Shown in pieces: positions 62,588-64,000 of a stretch of DNA of 64,000 nt. The stretch is from assembly GCF_039654945.1 (NCBI RefSeq), contig NW_027362112.1, positions 372,001 to 436,000 on the forward strand, read 5' to 3'. Both the position numbers and the translations under genes were made by a program. Position 1 is the first letter of the stretch. The number at the start of each line of letters is the position of its first letter. The notes beneath the pieces are model-generated. The model saw only the letters and a program-made list of their open reading frames with translations, searched no databases and was not told the DNA's origin. The stretch comes from Dendrobates tinctorius. Taxonomy: Eukaryota.

Positions 62588-64000
62588 TGAGGGGGCTACA
62601 GGACATACAGCGAGACAGCGTACGTGGAGGGGAGGCTACGGGGCATACAGCGAGACCGCGTACATGGAGGGGAGGCTACGGGACATACAGCGAGACCGCG
62701 TACGTGGAGGGGAGGCTACGGGGCATACAGCGAGACAGCGTACGTGGAGGGGAGGCTACGGGGCATACAGCGAGACTGCGTACATGGAGGGGAGGCTACG
62801 GGACATACAGCGAGACAGCGTACGTGGAGGGGAGGCTACGGGGCATACAGCGAGACCGCGCACGTGGAGGGGAGGCTACGGGGCATACAGCGAGACCGCG
62901 CACGTGGAGGGGAGGCTACGGGGCATACAGCGAGGCCGCGTACGTGGAGGGGAGGCTACGGGGCATACAGCGAGACAGCGTACGTGGAGGGGAGGCTACG
63001 GGACATACAGCGAGACCACGTACATGGAGGGGAGGCTACGGGACATACAGCGAGACCGCGCACGTGGAGGGGAGGCTACGGGGCATACAGCGAGACCGCG
63101 CACGTGGAGGGGAGGCTACGGGACATACAGCGAGACCGCGTACGTGGAGGGGAGGCTACGGGGCATACAGCGAGACCGCGCACGTGGAGGGGGGCTACGG
63201 GACATACAGCGAGACCGCGTACGTGGAGGGGAGGCTACGGGGCATACAGCGAGACCGCGCACGTGGAGGGGAGGCTACGGGACATACAGCGAGACCGCGC
63301 ACGTGGAGGGGAGGCTACGGGACATACAGCGAGACCGCGCACGTGGAGGGGAGGCTACGGGGTATACAGCGAGACCGCGCACGTGGAGGGGAGGCTACGG
63401 GACATACAGCGAGACCGCGTACGTGGAGGGGAGGCTACGGGGCATACAGCGAGACCGCGCACGTGGAGGGGGGCTACGGGGCATACAGCGAGACCGCGCA
63501 CGTGGAGGGGAGGCTACAGGACATACAGCGAGACCGCGTACGTGGAGGGGAGGCTACTGGACATACAGCGAGACCGCGTACGTGGAGGGGAGGCTACGGG
63601 GCATACAGCGAGACCGCGCACGTGGAGGGGAGGCTACTGGACATACAGCGAGACCGCGCACGTGGAGGGGGGGCTACGGGACATACAGCGAGACCGCATA
63701 CGTGGAGGGGAGGCTACGGGGCATACAGCGAGACCGCGCACGTGGAGGGGGGGCTACGGGACATACAGCGAGACCGCATACGTGGAGGGGAGGCTACGGG
63801 GCATACAGCGAGACCGCTTACGTGGAGGGGAGGCTACTGGACATACAGCGAGACCGCGCACGTGGAGGGGGGGCTACGGGACATACAGCGAGACCGCATA
63901 CGTGGAGGGGGGGCTACGGGACATACAGCGAGACCGCGCACGTGGAGGGGGGGCTACGGGACATACAGCGAGACCGCGCACGTGGAGGGGGGCTACGGGG
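62588..64000. repeat. 40-bp minisatellite in an NDRG4 intron (CGTGGAGGGGAGGCTACGGGGCATACAGCGAGACCGCGCA)
   Basis: Tandem units; runs off the right edge of the window. Confidence 0.96.

Overview
Vertebrate genomic DNA; the transposon families suggest a frog, which is an inference. It is a GC-rich locus of which roughly two thirds is minisatellite. Three spliced genes can be reconstructed. USB1 (+) has exons 2-7 at 3671-22109; exon 1 lies upstream of the window. SETD6 (-) is complete with 9 coding exons at 43230-34326 (451 aa). NDRG4 (-) contributes its last four exons, including the 39-nt cassette exon. About 15 unrelated minisatellite arrays fill introns, UTRs and intergenic space, and almost all long ORFs in the ORF track are repeat artefacts. 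Mobile elements: a full-length but decayed chromodomain Gypsy LTR element in USB1 intron 3 with a nested hAT MITE, a second chromovirus relic behind SETD6, Tc1 relics, Harbinger-like MITEs and a Penelope-like relic. Main observations: (1) a 10-kb array of about 185 PBX-PREP/MEIS decamers (TGATTGACAG) that begins just inside a putative relic LTR; (2) an 11-nt Tf1-type self-priming signature in the Gypsy element; (3) two CAG|GCGAGT GC-AG donors in USB1, one being the first unit of a minisatellite; (4) arrays that repeatedly appear seeded from functional motifs; (5) a decayed minimal hammerhead ribozyme.
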